IMG/VR virus record: IMGVR_UViG_3300048924_000191
Coordinates: 179,379-243,378 of that record
Length of the DNA stretch: 64,000 nucleotides
Strand: one strand, 5' to 3'
This document shows, one piece after another, positions 44,683 through 56,700 of this stretch (position 1 is its first letter; each line of letters opens with the position of its first letter). The translations under genes and the position numbers were made by a program. The notes under the pieces were generated by a model. That model was not told where the DNA came from, ran no database searches, and saw nothing but the letters and a program-made list of their open reading frames with translations.

Positions 44683-47600
44683 TTAGCCAAAATACATCTG
44701 GAACGCTTCCTCACCCACGTACCGCATGAGGGTGTTGGTGGAGCCGCCCGAGAACGGTCCGAGGATGATACGGTCGATTGGCGATTTGGCACCGAAGATC
44801 ATGTCGATCGGTTCGTTGGTAGTCAGCGTACGGTTGTTGCCGAACAGCGTCTCACCCACGGTCGACTTCATCTGGTTCCCCACCACCAACTTATCCGCAG
44901 TACCCATCGGTACACCCACAGTCATGTGGACGATGATGACGGCTTGTTGGTTCTCCAGAGCATTCTTGCCGATCCGCACGCCGCGAGGTACTTGCCCGGA
45001 GGTATAGTCCTTGCCAAGACGACGTGCTTTACGACGACGCTCCTTCTCCGCCAAGGTCACGATCGCTTGCAGCGACTCCGACATGTCGTCGACATCACCA
45101 CAATAGAAGACCTCAACTTTCGATACCACACCAACAGCCCCAGCCTCTGGCGCCATGCCGGCCAGACGTCCCATGACCTCACGGTCTGCTTCGTCATACA
45201 GTCCGTCATCGGAGGAGACTGCACCCCTGATATCGCATAGAATTGTCTTAAGATCCACCGTATCGCCTACATTGACGAGGTTGTTAATCTCGTAATCAAA
45301 GTTGACGGTGATTGGTTTCTCTTTCGACACGTAGGTACGCATCCGTTGAGCAAAGGCGATCGACAGAGAGCAGGAGTCCTCTACCGTGTACACTGCCTCA
45401 CGAAGCGCAATCCTAGCCATGCACCCAGCCATGTAGTCAACACGACGTGGGTTGATTGGGTCAGGCTTGAAGAACCCACGGTTGTACGCCAATACATCGA
45501 ACTCATTGACTTTGTCGCCGAGTTTGAACGTAGTCGCCAGGGTGTTCGGATAGGACGAACCTTCCGCATTGGTGTGGATCAGACCCAACTCATGCCGTTC
45601 CACTCGACCGTCTTCGTACTTGACCGCGATGTGGTCAGCAGACAGCTCCGTGATCTCACCCTTACCGGTTGCAGTTACGGCGAACTCAGGACCTTCACGA
45701 CCTGCGATCGCACGCTCCATGCCGGTACGCGCAGCAGGGACTTCATAACCCTCGGCCATGATACCGTGACCGTGCTGTACGTTGATGAAGTTACGGCGTT
45801 TCGGATCGTCACCCTCTGCGTCGAATGCCAGTTGAGCCGACGTCGACATGATGCAGGAGTTACCGTCACGCTTAGCGTCGTACAGACGCACCGTACCACG
45901 GGTAGTGGTCAGGTTAGCGTTAGGTGACATGTAGGTAATGATCGCCACGTCACCGGAGTCGACAGTACCCTCGGACATGAAGCCCAAGTCTTCCATCGGG
46001 AACAGACGAGCAGAGGCCACCATCGCACGACGACTTCGCCCACCGCGGCCTGTGTACGTCACCACTTCCCGTTCCCGTAGAGCGTGGATTGGGTTGATGT
46101 TGTTCACTGGCGATGTGGTTGGGTCCATCACGAGGATGTTGGTTGGATCGTTCGGGTTGATCGTTACCGACCCCCGGCCGCCTGCTGCACGAGCATTGTA
46201 CTGACGCACAGCTTTCGCCAGCGTTTCGTAAATGATGCCCGGTACGCGTTCGTAACCACGGATACGCTCCAGCAGTTCCACCCGCTTGTTCTTGTCCTCC
46301 CGGCGGTTGCTGACCTGAGCGGTGGTCAACATCTCCACCGAACGAATCAACAGACCCGTAAAGGTCCGAGGCTCGCCCATCCACTTCAGCAGATCTTCCG
46401 TGATTGGATCGACAAACAACGTGTTGAGAGAATCCAGCTCGCGCAGATAACGACTACCGATACGCGAACGGTCCAATACAGCAGCGTACACGTCCTTATC
46501 GTTGAACATACCCGAGTTGTAGGACTTGATCGACTCGTGGAACAGATTGAAGCCACTGAAGATCATCGACACCATTGGGTTGTTGCGGTCGAACACCAGC
46601 GTCTCGTTCTTGAAACGTACGGCGAACTCATCCTGAGTCAGGTTAGCACGTTCGCTCATGAGCACGCGCCGTACCTTCGCCTTGGTGATCTTGAGCAACC
46701 CATCCAGCCCCAGCAGGTAACCCAAGGCAACCCCGATAGGGATGTTCTTGGAATAGACCTTGACCTCAGCCATCATGGTTGGTGTAACGCCAGCCTCGAT
46801 CGGAATCCCACACAGCTCGAAGATACTACCCTCGTCTTCCAGCTTCCCGCCAGTGATCGAATAGACCGCACCGATCTTGTCCATGATCAATGCGCCTTTC
46901 GGTCCGCGACCCACCAACACCCAACCATCTTTCTCAAACGCCAGTTCGCGTTCGCTGTAGTCGTTCTGAGCAATGCGACGACGGTGGTCGAACCAGAAGT
47001 TCAACTTACCCGCACTGAAGCTCAGAAGACGTTCAGAGATCTCGGTGTAGATCAACGGAACATCGGCCTTATAGTCAACCACGGTACTGAGCACCGCTTT
47101 GTGGACTACAGGGTCTTGCGTGTCCTGCGCTTTCATCACCAGACGCTCAACGAACCAACGGTTCATGTCAAACGTCTTACGCTCAGATCGCTCCACGAAG
47201 ACCTTCGAGTAGTAACTCGACAGCGCCACACGAGACGGCGAGATCTTGCGGATCGGCAAGTCGGTACGCTGCTTACGCATGCGGTACTCAGTGCCTTTGT
47301 ACAGGAACGTGCCATTCGGACGAAGGCGAGGGATTGCAAACCGAACTGTCGACGGTAGACCTACAGCCGGAACCAGTTTCACGATGTGGATCTCGTTGTC
47401 CGTCACCGCGTCTTGTTCGTATTCGACTGTATAGCCAGTCACTGCCACTGGAGACTTCTGGATCGCCATGACGCAACGCAGGATATCCTTACGCAACGTC
47501 TTCTCGATGTACTGCTTGTCGAACTCATCCACACGCGAATGGAGCATCGACCGATCAATGACGGTTTTGTCGTCAGTGATGGGCTTTGGCTCAATGATCA

Positions 47601-48999
47601 GGTCTTCTTCGGCGATCTTCATCGCCTCGACCAAAGACTCACCAGACCCGTACGGGTCTTTGATGTTCTTGTGAGCTTCTGCAAGGCGCTTCAGACGGTT
47701 GTGGTCAGCAGGGCTGAGGAAACCCTTGAGCTGCAACTCGTCGGCTTTGATAAGCATCGCTGAGCCGTCTGCTTCAAGCGCTACGTGCTTGGTCTGCAAC
47801 ACATCGATGTCGATGGTTTTGGTGTCGATGACGTTACCTTCTTCATCGAACACTTCTTCCGTCTGCGACGCAGTGCGCACGCGCTCCAGATCCTCGAGTT
47901 CCTTCTCGAGTGCCGAAATGGTTTCGATCTCGTCGATAACCACGTCGTCTTCGTCCACCGTCTCGTTGGCGTCCATCCCAAACTCGAGATCGTCCAACTT
48001 CTCGTCTGGGGTGTCGATGGTAACAACCTTCTCGTCGACCACCTCTTCCTTGGTAGGTGTTTCGAGTGGCGAAGTAGCCTGGTGCAGTTTGTACAACATG
48101 CGCAGGAACTTCAGCTGGAAGATCTTCGATTCCATGCCAGACAGCTTGACGATCGGAAGCTCTACCTGAGCATTCGGATCTTTCTTGAGCTGCTCCTGAA
48201 CGGCCTTGTATTCTTCGATCACCTCTTTAGGGGAGATGATGAAGTCGTCCAGCCATTTCAGGTTGACCGAGACCCAGCCATTCAACCGACGGAAGATCAG
48301 GTTGATTTTGCCGTATTGCTCAGGATCGATTTGACCGAACAGCGATTCCTTACGCAATGGACCTGCCCACTTGAACAGATCGGCCATGGTCAGCATCTCA
48401 GCGCTACCGAAGTGCTTGAGCGTATCGCTACTCTGACGAGCAGCCAGCTCTCGCAACTGCGTCAGCGTCGGCATGACGTCTGGCAGATCGATCTCGATGA
48501 ACTGTTGACGGCGTGAGGTCCTGGTCGTCTTGTTGACGTTCAGCACCACTTCCTTCATCACGTTGTACCACTGATAATAGCTGGAACGGAACGTAGGTGG
48601 GTACTTGACCAGATGCGACAACATTGCGTAGTTGAATACAGGCAACACGCGGTCATCCAGATCCAGGCGTTCCAAGTTCTTCAACGGACGGAACGCACGG
48701 TTCTTGCGACGGAACTCGGTGATCATGCCCTGAGCGTTGGTGTACTTACGCTGAGGACCACCGATTGGATCGTGATACTGGGTTTCGTGATAGATGTAGA
48801 TAACACCCGGGATACTGCGCAGCATGGGATCGCTGATTTGCGGACCCATGGTAACGCCATCCACCGGAGCGAAGTGCAGCAAAGCCCGCTTCGGCAGTTG
48901 GAGACGAGCGATCGGATAAACGACCGGGATGTCCAACTGAGAGTTCTTGAACAGACCAAAGCGGCGGTTGTACACAGAGTACTCGAGCATCTCCGCCAC
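44683..48999 (-). CDS. Virion RNA polymerase beta-like subunit (phiKZ gp178-like)
   Basis: 1438 aa with rpoB-like motifs LREREVVTYTGRGGR, GFMSEGTVDSG, RRNFINVQHGH, VEDS and ADKLVVGNQMK. Confidence 0.92.
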   Translation of the reverse strand: MAEMLEYSVYNRRFGLFKNSQLDIPVVYPIARLQLPKRALLHFAPVDGVTMGPQISDPMLRSIPGVIYIYHETQYHDPIGGPQRKYTNAQGMITEFRRKNRAFRPLKNLERLDLDDRVLPVFNYAMLSHLVKYPPTFRSSYYQWYNVMKEVVLNVNKTTRTSRRQQFIEIDLPDVMPTLTQLRELAARQSSDTLKHFGSAEMLTMADLFKWAGPLRKESLFGQIDPEQYGKINLIFRRLNGWVSVNLKWLDDFIISPKEVIEEYKAVQEQLKKDPNAQVELPIVKLSGMESKIFQLKFLRMLYKLHQATSPLETPTKEEVVDEKVVTIDTPDEKLDDLEFGMDANETVDEDDVVIDEIETISALEKELEDLERVRTASQTEEVFDEEGNVIDTKTIDIDVLQTKHVALEADGSAMLIKADELQLKGFLSPADHNRLKRLAEAHKNIKDPYGSGESLVEAMKIAEEDLIIEPKPITDDKTVIDRSMLHSRVDEFDKQYIEKTLRKDILRCVMAIQKSPVAVTGYTVEYEQDAVTDNEIHIVKLVPAVGLPSTVRFAIPRLRPNGTFLYKGTEYRMRKQRTDLPIRKISPSRVALSSYYSKVFVERSERKTFDMNRWFVERLVMKAQDTQDPVVHKAVLSTVVDYKADVPLIYTEISERLLSFSAGKLNFWFDHRRRIAQNDYSERELAFEKDGWVLVGRGPKGALIMDKIGAVYSITGGKLEDEGSIFELCGIPIEAGVTPTMMAEVKVYSKNIPIGVALGYLLGLDGLLKITKAKVRRVLMSERANLTQDEFAVRFKNETLVFDRNNPMVSMIFSGFNLFHESIKSYNSGMFNDKDVYAAVLDRSRIGSRYLRELDSLNTLFVDPITEDLLKWMGEPRTFTGLLIRSVEMLTTAQVSNRREDKNKRVELLERIRGYERVPGIIYETLAKAVRQYNARAAGGRGSVTINPNDPTNILVMDPTTSPVNNINPIHALREREVVTYTGRGGRSRRAMVASARLFPMEDLGFMSEGTVDSGDVAIITYMSPNANLTTTRGTVRLYDAKRDGNSCIMSTSAQLAFDAEGDDPKRRNFINVQHGHGIMAEGYEVPAARTGMERAIAGREGPEFAVTATGKGEITELSADHIAVKYEDGRVERHELGLIHTNAEGSSYPNTLATTFKLGDKVNEFDVLAYNRGFFKPDPINPRRVDYMAGCMARIALREAVYTVEDSCSLSIAFAQRMRTYVSKEKPITVNFDYEINNLVNVGDTVDLKTILCDIRGAVSSDDGLYDEADREVMGRLAGMAPEAGAVGVVSKVEVFYCGDVDDMSESLQAIVTLAEKERRRKARRLGKDYTSGQVPRGVRIGKNALENQQAVIIVHMTVGVPMGTADKLVVGNQMKSTVGETLFGNNRTLTTNEPIDMIFGAKSPIDRIILGPFSGGSTNTLMRYVGEEAFQMYFG

Positions 49000-49001
49000 A
49001 G

Positions 49002-50678
49002 TTAAACTCCTTTCATGTGCTTGAGTTCGACTTCAGTTGGCTGACGTACGTGGTCGAAGCGACCCGTGAGGTTACGGATGACCAGGTCAGTCGTGTCATA
49101 AGACACGCTGGCACGAGGACGTCCAGACGGCATGACCCAGGCTTCTCGCGTACCGAGATAATGTTCAGTTTCAGCCAACGCTTCATCCGACATCGCCGAA
49201 GTAGCAGAACCGGTATCACCGTCGAAGTCAGCGCCGAGGCCAGACAGACGACTTGGGTGAGGAGACTCGGAGTCATGGAACGACGACAACCCGTATTTGG
49301 GGTATTCGTTCGCAATGCCATCCGGACCTTCAATCGGCTCCCAGTTGTGGTCGAGCTCACGACGCATCTCACCGATCGTGGTAGATCGCACGTAGATCCG
49401 CGAAGGGTACGTGGAGTTTTCCGATTCGATCGGGTAACGGACAACGTCGGTGAAGTACTTCGCCCACTTGTTGTAACCACACAGATACAGCAACTCGATC
49501 AACGTCATCGGGTGAACGTGTTCACGGTTGAAACCGTTCGGGAGTTCGTCAATGCTGTCGAACACCTTAAAGGTACCCTCGCCCAGATAGACGAGTTTCA
49601 GGTAATGACCTGCGATTTCAACAGGACGCTGACGCGCTTCGATGTTGACGAGTGAGTTGATCAGACCCCGCATCCCGTCTTCGGTCACCCAGCTGTCCCG
49701 TTCGGTAGGGCTGAGAGACACCCACGTCTGTTTCAACGTGTCTTTATCGATCAGGGGTACATCGCCCTCACCTGCGTTCATCAACTGCTCAAGGAAGCCT
49801 GTACGCAGCCAGTGGATAACCAGCGGCGCCATACTCGTCGCAGTCTGGTGGACACCCAGCACCGTAGCGTCATAGCCGGGTACGTTCGGGGAGTCAAGGT
49901 GAGCACCAGAGGTGTTCATCGCCGTCAGTACGTTTCGCGTACCCTCGTGAACGCGGCTACTGGCCCAACGATCTCGCTGGAAACCATTCTTGCCACCGAT
50001 GATACCTTCGATGTAATCGAACAACGCATTGACCGCAGCCTGAAGTGCAGAACGGTTGTGATCGTAAGCCGGCGACTCCATGTCTCGACTCGGCGTGATC
50101 GATTTACTGATCGCCAAGATCCGGTAGTAGAAGTCGTTGATCTCGTGCTTGACCACACGTCCATCGTCACCCATTTCCAGGTCACGCATACCGGCAGGCA
50201 TAACCGGAATGTTGATGGTGGTCCAACGATGCCGCCACCGCTCCAGGAAGTCGACCGTATCGCTGCGAGACAGAGAATCGTTCTTGACGAGCTCGATCTC
50301 ATTCATGTGACGGAAGAAGAACGAATACCCACTCTCCGCATCTTCCTCGATGCTGACCACGAAGTCTTTGCGAATCGGGTCAAACTTCGCTGTCCTCGCA
50401 CCCGACAGGATGTCGCCGTACAACGACTTGACGTTGAGGAGTTCACGGTAGACCTTCGGGTGGATGATCCGTACACCCAACTGAATCTTGCCGTAGGTCT
50501 GATCGCGCTCCTTCGAACCGACCATCCCAAAGATCCGGGTCGAGAACAAACCGTCCGGGTGGAAGTTGCTGGTAGCGCCCTCCATGATGTCCAGACGGGT
50601 GATCGGGGCGATGTGCCTGAGATCAGCGTCTTCCGTATGGAGAATCCAAATAAGCGCCGGAAGTCCTTCAGGAATCAT
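49002..50678 (-). CDS. Virion RNA polymerase beta'-like catalytic subunit (phiKZ gp180-like)
   Basis: 558 aa; FHPDGLFSTRIFG and the catalytic GADFDGD. Confidence 0.95.
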   Translation of the reverse strand: MIPEGLPALIWILHTEDADLRHIAPITRLDIMEGATSNFHPDGLFSTRIFGMVGSKERDQTYGKIQLGVRIIHPKVYRELLNVKSLYGDILSGARTAKFDPIRKDFVVSIEEDAESGYSFFFRHMNEIELVKNDSLSRSDTVDFLERWRHRWTTINIPVMPAGMRDLEMGDDGRVVKHEINDFYYRILAISKSITPSRDMESPAYDHNRSALQAAVNALFDYIEGIIGGKNGFQRDRWASSRVHEGTRNVLTAMNTSGAHLDSPNVPGYDATVLGVHQTATSMAPLVIHWLRTGFLEQLMNAGEGDVPLIDKDTLKQTWVSLSPTERDSWVTEDGMRGLINSLVNIEARQRPVEIAGHYLKLVYLGEGTFKVFDSIDELPNGFNREHVHPMTLIELLYLCGYNKWAKYFTDVVRYPIESENSTYPSRIYVRSTTIGEMRRELDHNWEPIEGPDGIANEYPKYGLSSFHDSESPHPSRLSGLGADFDGDTGSATSAMSDEALAETEHYLGTREAWVMPSGRPRASVSYDTTDLVIRNLTGRFDHVRQPTEVELKHMKGV

Positions 50679-50738
50679 GCATATTCCCCTTTAGAACGAA
50701 GTTGTATGAGTAAGAGCCTCCCTTAGGAGTCCCGTTTT

Positions 50739-53700
50739 ATGGCTAAGAATGACAAGGTGGACTTCGGTGAAGCCGACCTGGATGACTTCAATTTCGACGC
50801 GCTCGACTTTGGAGACCCGTTCGAACAGAAAGCTCCAAAATCCGGTGGTGCTCGTGAGGCTGTTACTGAGTTTGCCTCCAGTGCGGTACATGCAGCGAAA
50901 GATCGCTTGCTGGATCGCGGCACCATCCGTCGACTGATTTCTGGGGGCCTGCATAAAGGTTACACGCAGGCCTTCAACGCATACGATGCCATCGAGGGCG
51001 GGCTTGCTGATATCATCAAGGACAACGCTACCGAACTGAACGGTACGTTGCTCAACATGAAGCGCAAGACCGATCGCTGGAGTCCTTTGGCAAAACGCAT
51101 GATGCCAAAGTTCTTACGCGACGCAATGGAGGATGCGGACTATGCCAATAGTTCCAGTTCTTCATCGTCCGGTGGTAATGACGAGCTGAACATTAACCTC
51201 GCTGGACTGGATAAGCTGTTTGCCAGTCAGATGAAGGATCAAACCGATCGCAAGATTGGTGACGCTATTCGCGACAACCGGGAACAGAAGCGCTTCATGA
51301 CCGAGGCGCAACTGCAACTGAACATCGGTCGTGGTATTGGTCGTCTGGTAGGCTATCAAGATAACGTCACGATCAACTACCACCGCAAGTCGCTCGAGAT
51401 CGGTTACCGCCAACTCGACGTTGCTGTGCGTATGCTGCAACTTCAAAACCAGCACTTCTCGGAGTCTGGTGAGACGCTCAAACTCATCCTCAAGAACACG
51501 GGCCTTCCTGACTTCGTGAAGATGAAACACATCGAAGTGCTCAAGCAGACGATGGCGAATAAACTCGCCTCGAACGCCATGAACACGGTCGGTAACTGGG
51601 CGTCCAACTTCTTCACTGGGGTTAAACAAAACTCCTCCGACATGCTCGGTGCGTTCCTCCAGTTCCGCGACACGATCGAGAGCCAGACTCAGTTGGGACA
51701 ATCGAGAGCTTCGGCTTTCGGTAGTACACTCGGCGGCATGGCAGGTAGTTTCGCAGGCGGCGCAGCTGAACAAGGTCTCCATGCTGTTGTTGAAAGACTC
51801 AAGCCGTACCTCTCCAAGATCCCGGGCTTTGATCGGGTAGGTGAGAATCTGCGCTCTACCTTCACCGGCATTCCGCAGAAAATCAACGCCTGGAGTAAAT
51901 CCGAGAATACCAAAGACGGCATCTCAGGTTGGATAGAGGAGGGATTGAAGTCACTCTTCGACACCTACACTGCAACCGGTAGTATTTCCGGCATGCCATC
52001 CATCGAGTTGGACCAGCCTGCGATCTTCGATAACCTCTTCCACAAGAGCGTAACCGAAGTCATCCCAGGCTACCTGGCCAGCATCGATAAGTGGATCAAG
52101 GTAGTGGCCACTGGTGAAGACCAGGAAGAGATGGCGTACAGTCACTACACGGGCGGTATGGTGAGTCGCTCCACGCTGAACGAACAACATGTTCGCGTGT
52201 CGTTGAAGAACAACACCGGTAAAGCACTGCGTCAGGAGATCGACGGACTGCTGCGAGACATGGGCGCGGCTGACCTTTCTAACGAAGCCCAGCGTGCACT
52301 ACGTCGCCGTTTGATGAAAGACCTGGCGGGCGGTAACCCATTCAATCCATCGAAGTACGTGGAAGTCGGTGCGTGGGATAACACCGAGGAATGGATCGCC
52401 GATGAGATCATCACGTTCGTTGCTAACCGCTTTGATCTCGATCCTAGCGGTCAACCGGTCAGTCAGTCCACTGAGAGTAAGGAACGGCTGAACAACTTCA
52501 CCGAACGGTACGATGCAACTCAACGCCGTATGCCAGAATTTGGCCAGCGGATGAACGTACTCCAGAAAGTGACTGGGCGTCGAGCTTGGCGTGAACTGGG
52601 TCTGTCGAAGTACAACGGTATCGAAGGCGATAACATCGACCTGGACGCTGTGTATGACCGGGTGCTGGACAACGACGATATTGCGTTCGATCCAAGTGCC
52701 AAGGTTCCGACCGACAAGAAAGAACTGGCAGAGTACCTCAAACGCAAGAAGAAAGCCGAGGAGGATCTCCTGCGTTACGGTATCGGCAACAACGACAAGG
52801 TTGACGTCGATGCTGGAGTCGCTTCTTCCAGATTCGGTCCTCGTCGTGCAAAAGCCGATCGGGTAACTGAAGAGCTTAAGCTGGATCTGTCCAATGCGTT
52901 TGAGAACATGCCGAAAGCGTTTGACGCCAACGTCAAGTTCCCTGACTTGATGATGACCTCCGATGAGATCACTCAAGGTAAGCTCGATACTGTCGTCGAT
53001 GCGTTGACGGCCAGTAACGGGTTCTTGGAAGCGATTCTGGAATCCATCCCGTACGCTGGCATTGCCGGGCACGGAGAAGACGGTGAAGGTCCTGGTCCTG
53101 AAGACAGTCCTGACACCGGCGGTGGTGGTAGTGGCCGTCGTGGTTGGGGTCGTCGTATCCTGGGTGGATTGGGTTGGGCGACTAAAGGCGCTGCGAAGGG
53201 ACTGTACGGTTACTTCAAAGGCTCCTACAAGATGATCGGTAAGGGCCTGTTTGGCGGCGCTAAGCTGGCTAACTGGGCAGCGCGTGCACCATTCCGCTCG
53301 ATCACAGGTCTGGGTGTTACTGACATCTATCTGCGCGGTTCTGAAGATCCAGTCATGACTGCTCGCGACATCCGTCGTGGGTTCTACATGGACGTCAAGT
53401 CCGGGAAGATCATCGAGTCCTTGAAGGACATCGGTGGTGCAGTACGTGACATCAGGACCAACCTGCTCGTCCTGACGGAAGAAGACTTCGCTGCCGGACT
53501 GTATAGCGGCGATGGCGAATCCTTGGCCGGGTACTTGAGTCGCAAAGCCATGGGCCTTGCCGGTACGCTGGCTCGTGGGATGGGTTGGTACATGGGTACC
53601 ACGTACGGCCTGATGTGGAAAGGCGCCAAGAAACTCACTGAGGTCGCTTGGGATCAGTTCGTGCAGTTCGATGCTTACTTCCCTGGTGAAGACGAACCCC

Positions 53701-56700
53701 GCATCACGTCCAAGAAAATGAAGCGCGGTTACTATCGCGACGAGGAAGGTCAACCAATCATGTCCCTCAAGGACATTAAAGGCGCCGTCTACGACATCGA
53801 GGGTAACCTCGTCGTCAGTCTCGAAGAGCTGCAGAAGTACAAGTCCTTCTACACCCGCAATGGTTCGTTGCTCTACACCTTCGGGCGTGGTGTCGTGAAC
53901 CTCGGCGGTAAGGCGCTGGAACTTGGCGCTAAAGCCGCGGTCTGGTACGGGAAGCAGATTGGTAAGTTCTACAAGGGAATGTGGAGCGCCAGTAAGTGGG
54001 CCGCACGTAAGGTCGGTGGGTTGTTTGGAATCGGCAAAGGCGGATCGTCTCACGGCGCTATGGGCGGCATGGATGACGAGCTGGGCGAGACCATGGTGGA
54101 AATCCAAGGTCGTCAGCTCGACACTCAGCTGGAGATGCTGAACATCCTGCGTACTGCGTTCGACAAAGCACCTGTTCGTGGAGACACGGACGGTAACGGC
54201 GTACGCGATTGGTCGTGGCGTGACATCCTGGATCGTCGTAAGGCGGCGAAGGATAAAGACGTCGTAGAGGGCGGTGACAACTCGGACGTAGTTGACGCAC
54301 TCGATAAGCTGGGGGATCGTCTCGATACCAAGCTTGAAGACCTGATCGAAACCACCGAAGAGGCTGGTGAAAACAGCTGGCTGGAAAACGCAGCTGACAT
54401 GGCCGATATCAAGGACGGCATGGGTGGTGGTAAGCGTGGACGTCGCGGTGCTCGCAGACCCCCTCGAGGGAAAGCGGGTTGGCTTCGCCGTGGATGGGAA
54501 GCGACGAAGGCGGGTGCGAAGTGGGCATGGAACAGTCCTATGCTTCGAGCCGGTGCGATGTTTGCAGGTACCACATTGTTGCGTGGTGGGGCGATGTTAC
54601 TGGGCGGTGCCGCTAGCTTGATCGGTGGTGCTATCAGTCTGCCTGCTCTTGCAATCGCTGCTGTGGTGGGTGTTGTGGCGTATGCCGGTTACCGGTACTA
54701 CAAAGCGAACCAGGCGAAGAGCTTCCCGCTGTTCTATCTTCGGATGGCGCAGTACGGTGTTAACGGTACCGATGAGAAGCGCGTTGCTGCAATGCTCGAA
54801 GTCGAGAAGCAGGCTGCTGCAGGTCTGCGTATTGGAGCTGACGGTAAAGCCACCATGGATGCTAGCGGCATCAACATGGATGCACTGGCTCAGAAGTTCG
54901 GCCTGGATTCCCAAGAACGCGTGCAGCAATTCGCCAATTGGGTAGGTCAGCGCTTCCGTCCAGTGTTCCTTGCGCACAGCACAGCCATGCAACAGATCCA
55001 CGGTCACACCAACCTCGCTGAAGCCGACAAGGGCATCGGGGATGGAGACCTTGAGATGTTCATGTCGTCGGTCAACCTACCAGGGATGGATAAGGTCTAC
55101 GACGATGTGGATACCTCGCCGTTCGATTCGGATCTGGACATGGACGCCGATGATGTTAAGTCGGCAGTGGCTAACGTCCGCGATCGTCGCAACATGGATA
55201 AGCTGTCTGGTAAGGCTAACAACATAGCGGACAAAGTAGCGGTGGCTGGTGTAACAGCTACTGCGGCAGCGGCTGCTAACCAGAAGGCCGATGGCGTGAC
55301 ACGTCTCAACGTTTCGGCGAAGGGGAGTGACGATCCACGTCAGATCGCATCTGGACTTAAGTTGACGGCTACGGGCTTGGCAGGGGCGGGTGGTGCCGCG
55401 ATGATGTACGCTGCCAAAGCCAGTGCTCAGGCGAGGATCTCTTCGCTCAACATCCCAACGGCGGTGCGTTACAAGACGTACGGTCTGGTGGAGTTCGAGC
55501 TGCCTAAGTGCACACAGTTGCAACAGGTGGAAGAGGTCTATTGGGACAACGTGGTGTACTCGGGTACCAGCAAGGCAACATTCGCAGGTGACGAGGACAA
55601 GCTGAAGCAGAAGGTGTTCGACATCTTCAAGCCAGCCACTGACTTGGAACACGAGGAAGTGACCCGTTGGTTGGAGTATCGTTTCATTCCAGCATTCCTA
55701 CAATACTGCATCTCGATCCGTCGTCGTTACAATGGCGACGCTCGAGACGGTTGGCGTAACCTCACCGGCACCCTCATGAAGGAAGTGTTGGATGAGACAA
55801 CGAGAGCAGCGGTGGAAACCATGTTCTCCAGCCGAAGTGTGTGGGAAGTCCAGAACTCGCCATGGCCTGGCTACCAACTGGAGAAACTTCCTGGGTCGAC
55901 CAAGATGTATATCGAGGCTCTCGATACGGGCGATACCAGTAAGGTACTTGACGTACAGGGAATGGAATCCCAAGCAAGGACCCAAGCGTCGAACAACGAC
56001 TACGGGACTAAGCTGTCCAACATCGCGCTGGGTAACACTCGCGCTAACCCAATCGGTCCGGGTGTTGGCAACAACAACTCGACCATGGGGAACTACGCCA
56101 ACATCTTCAGTGGTAAATCTGTTGCTGGTGGTGCTTCCGGTCAATCGCCTGCGGGTTACGGCGACGGTAGCATGCTGTACAAGGGATCGTTCGGTAACGT
56201 GGTCCAACACCCTGGTGGTGGTACGGGCGGTGATATCAACTCACTTCCTGATAACCGTGGTGCAGGTCTGGCTGAAATGGGGCCGATCATCACTGGTGCG
56301 GCGAAGATGGTTGGGTTTGATCCTACGATCTCTCTCAACGTTGCAGCCACCGAATCGGGTCTCGACCCGAAAGCCAGTAGCGGTATCGCTAACGGGTTGT
56401 TCCAGTTCATCGACACGACCTGGGACTCGATGCTGACAAGGTACGGTCCAAAGTACGGCATTGCGCCAGGCACCCCTCCGACTGATCCTCGGGCTAACGC
56501 CATCCTCGGCGTCTGCTACCTCAAGGAAAACTACGAGGGCTTGAAGCAGTCGTTGGGTAAAGACATCACTGACCTTGACCTCTACATGGCCCACTTCTTG
56601 GGCTTGGGCGGTGCGAAGCGGTTCTTGGCCGCTCCGCGTGGCGATGCGGCGTACCTGCACGTTGGTAACGGTTCGGCAACTCCTCAGAAGAGAAAACGCG

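Noticed and set aside
48990-50678. Intron, intein or homing endonuclease in or between the virion RNAP genes (as in some relatives)
   Set aside because: The two genes abut with a 2-nt gap and are uninterrupted. No HNH, LAGLIDADG or intein motifs were recognised in them, in terminase or in the polymerase.
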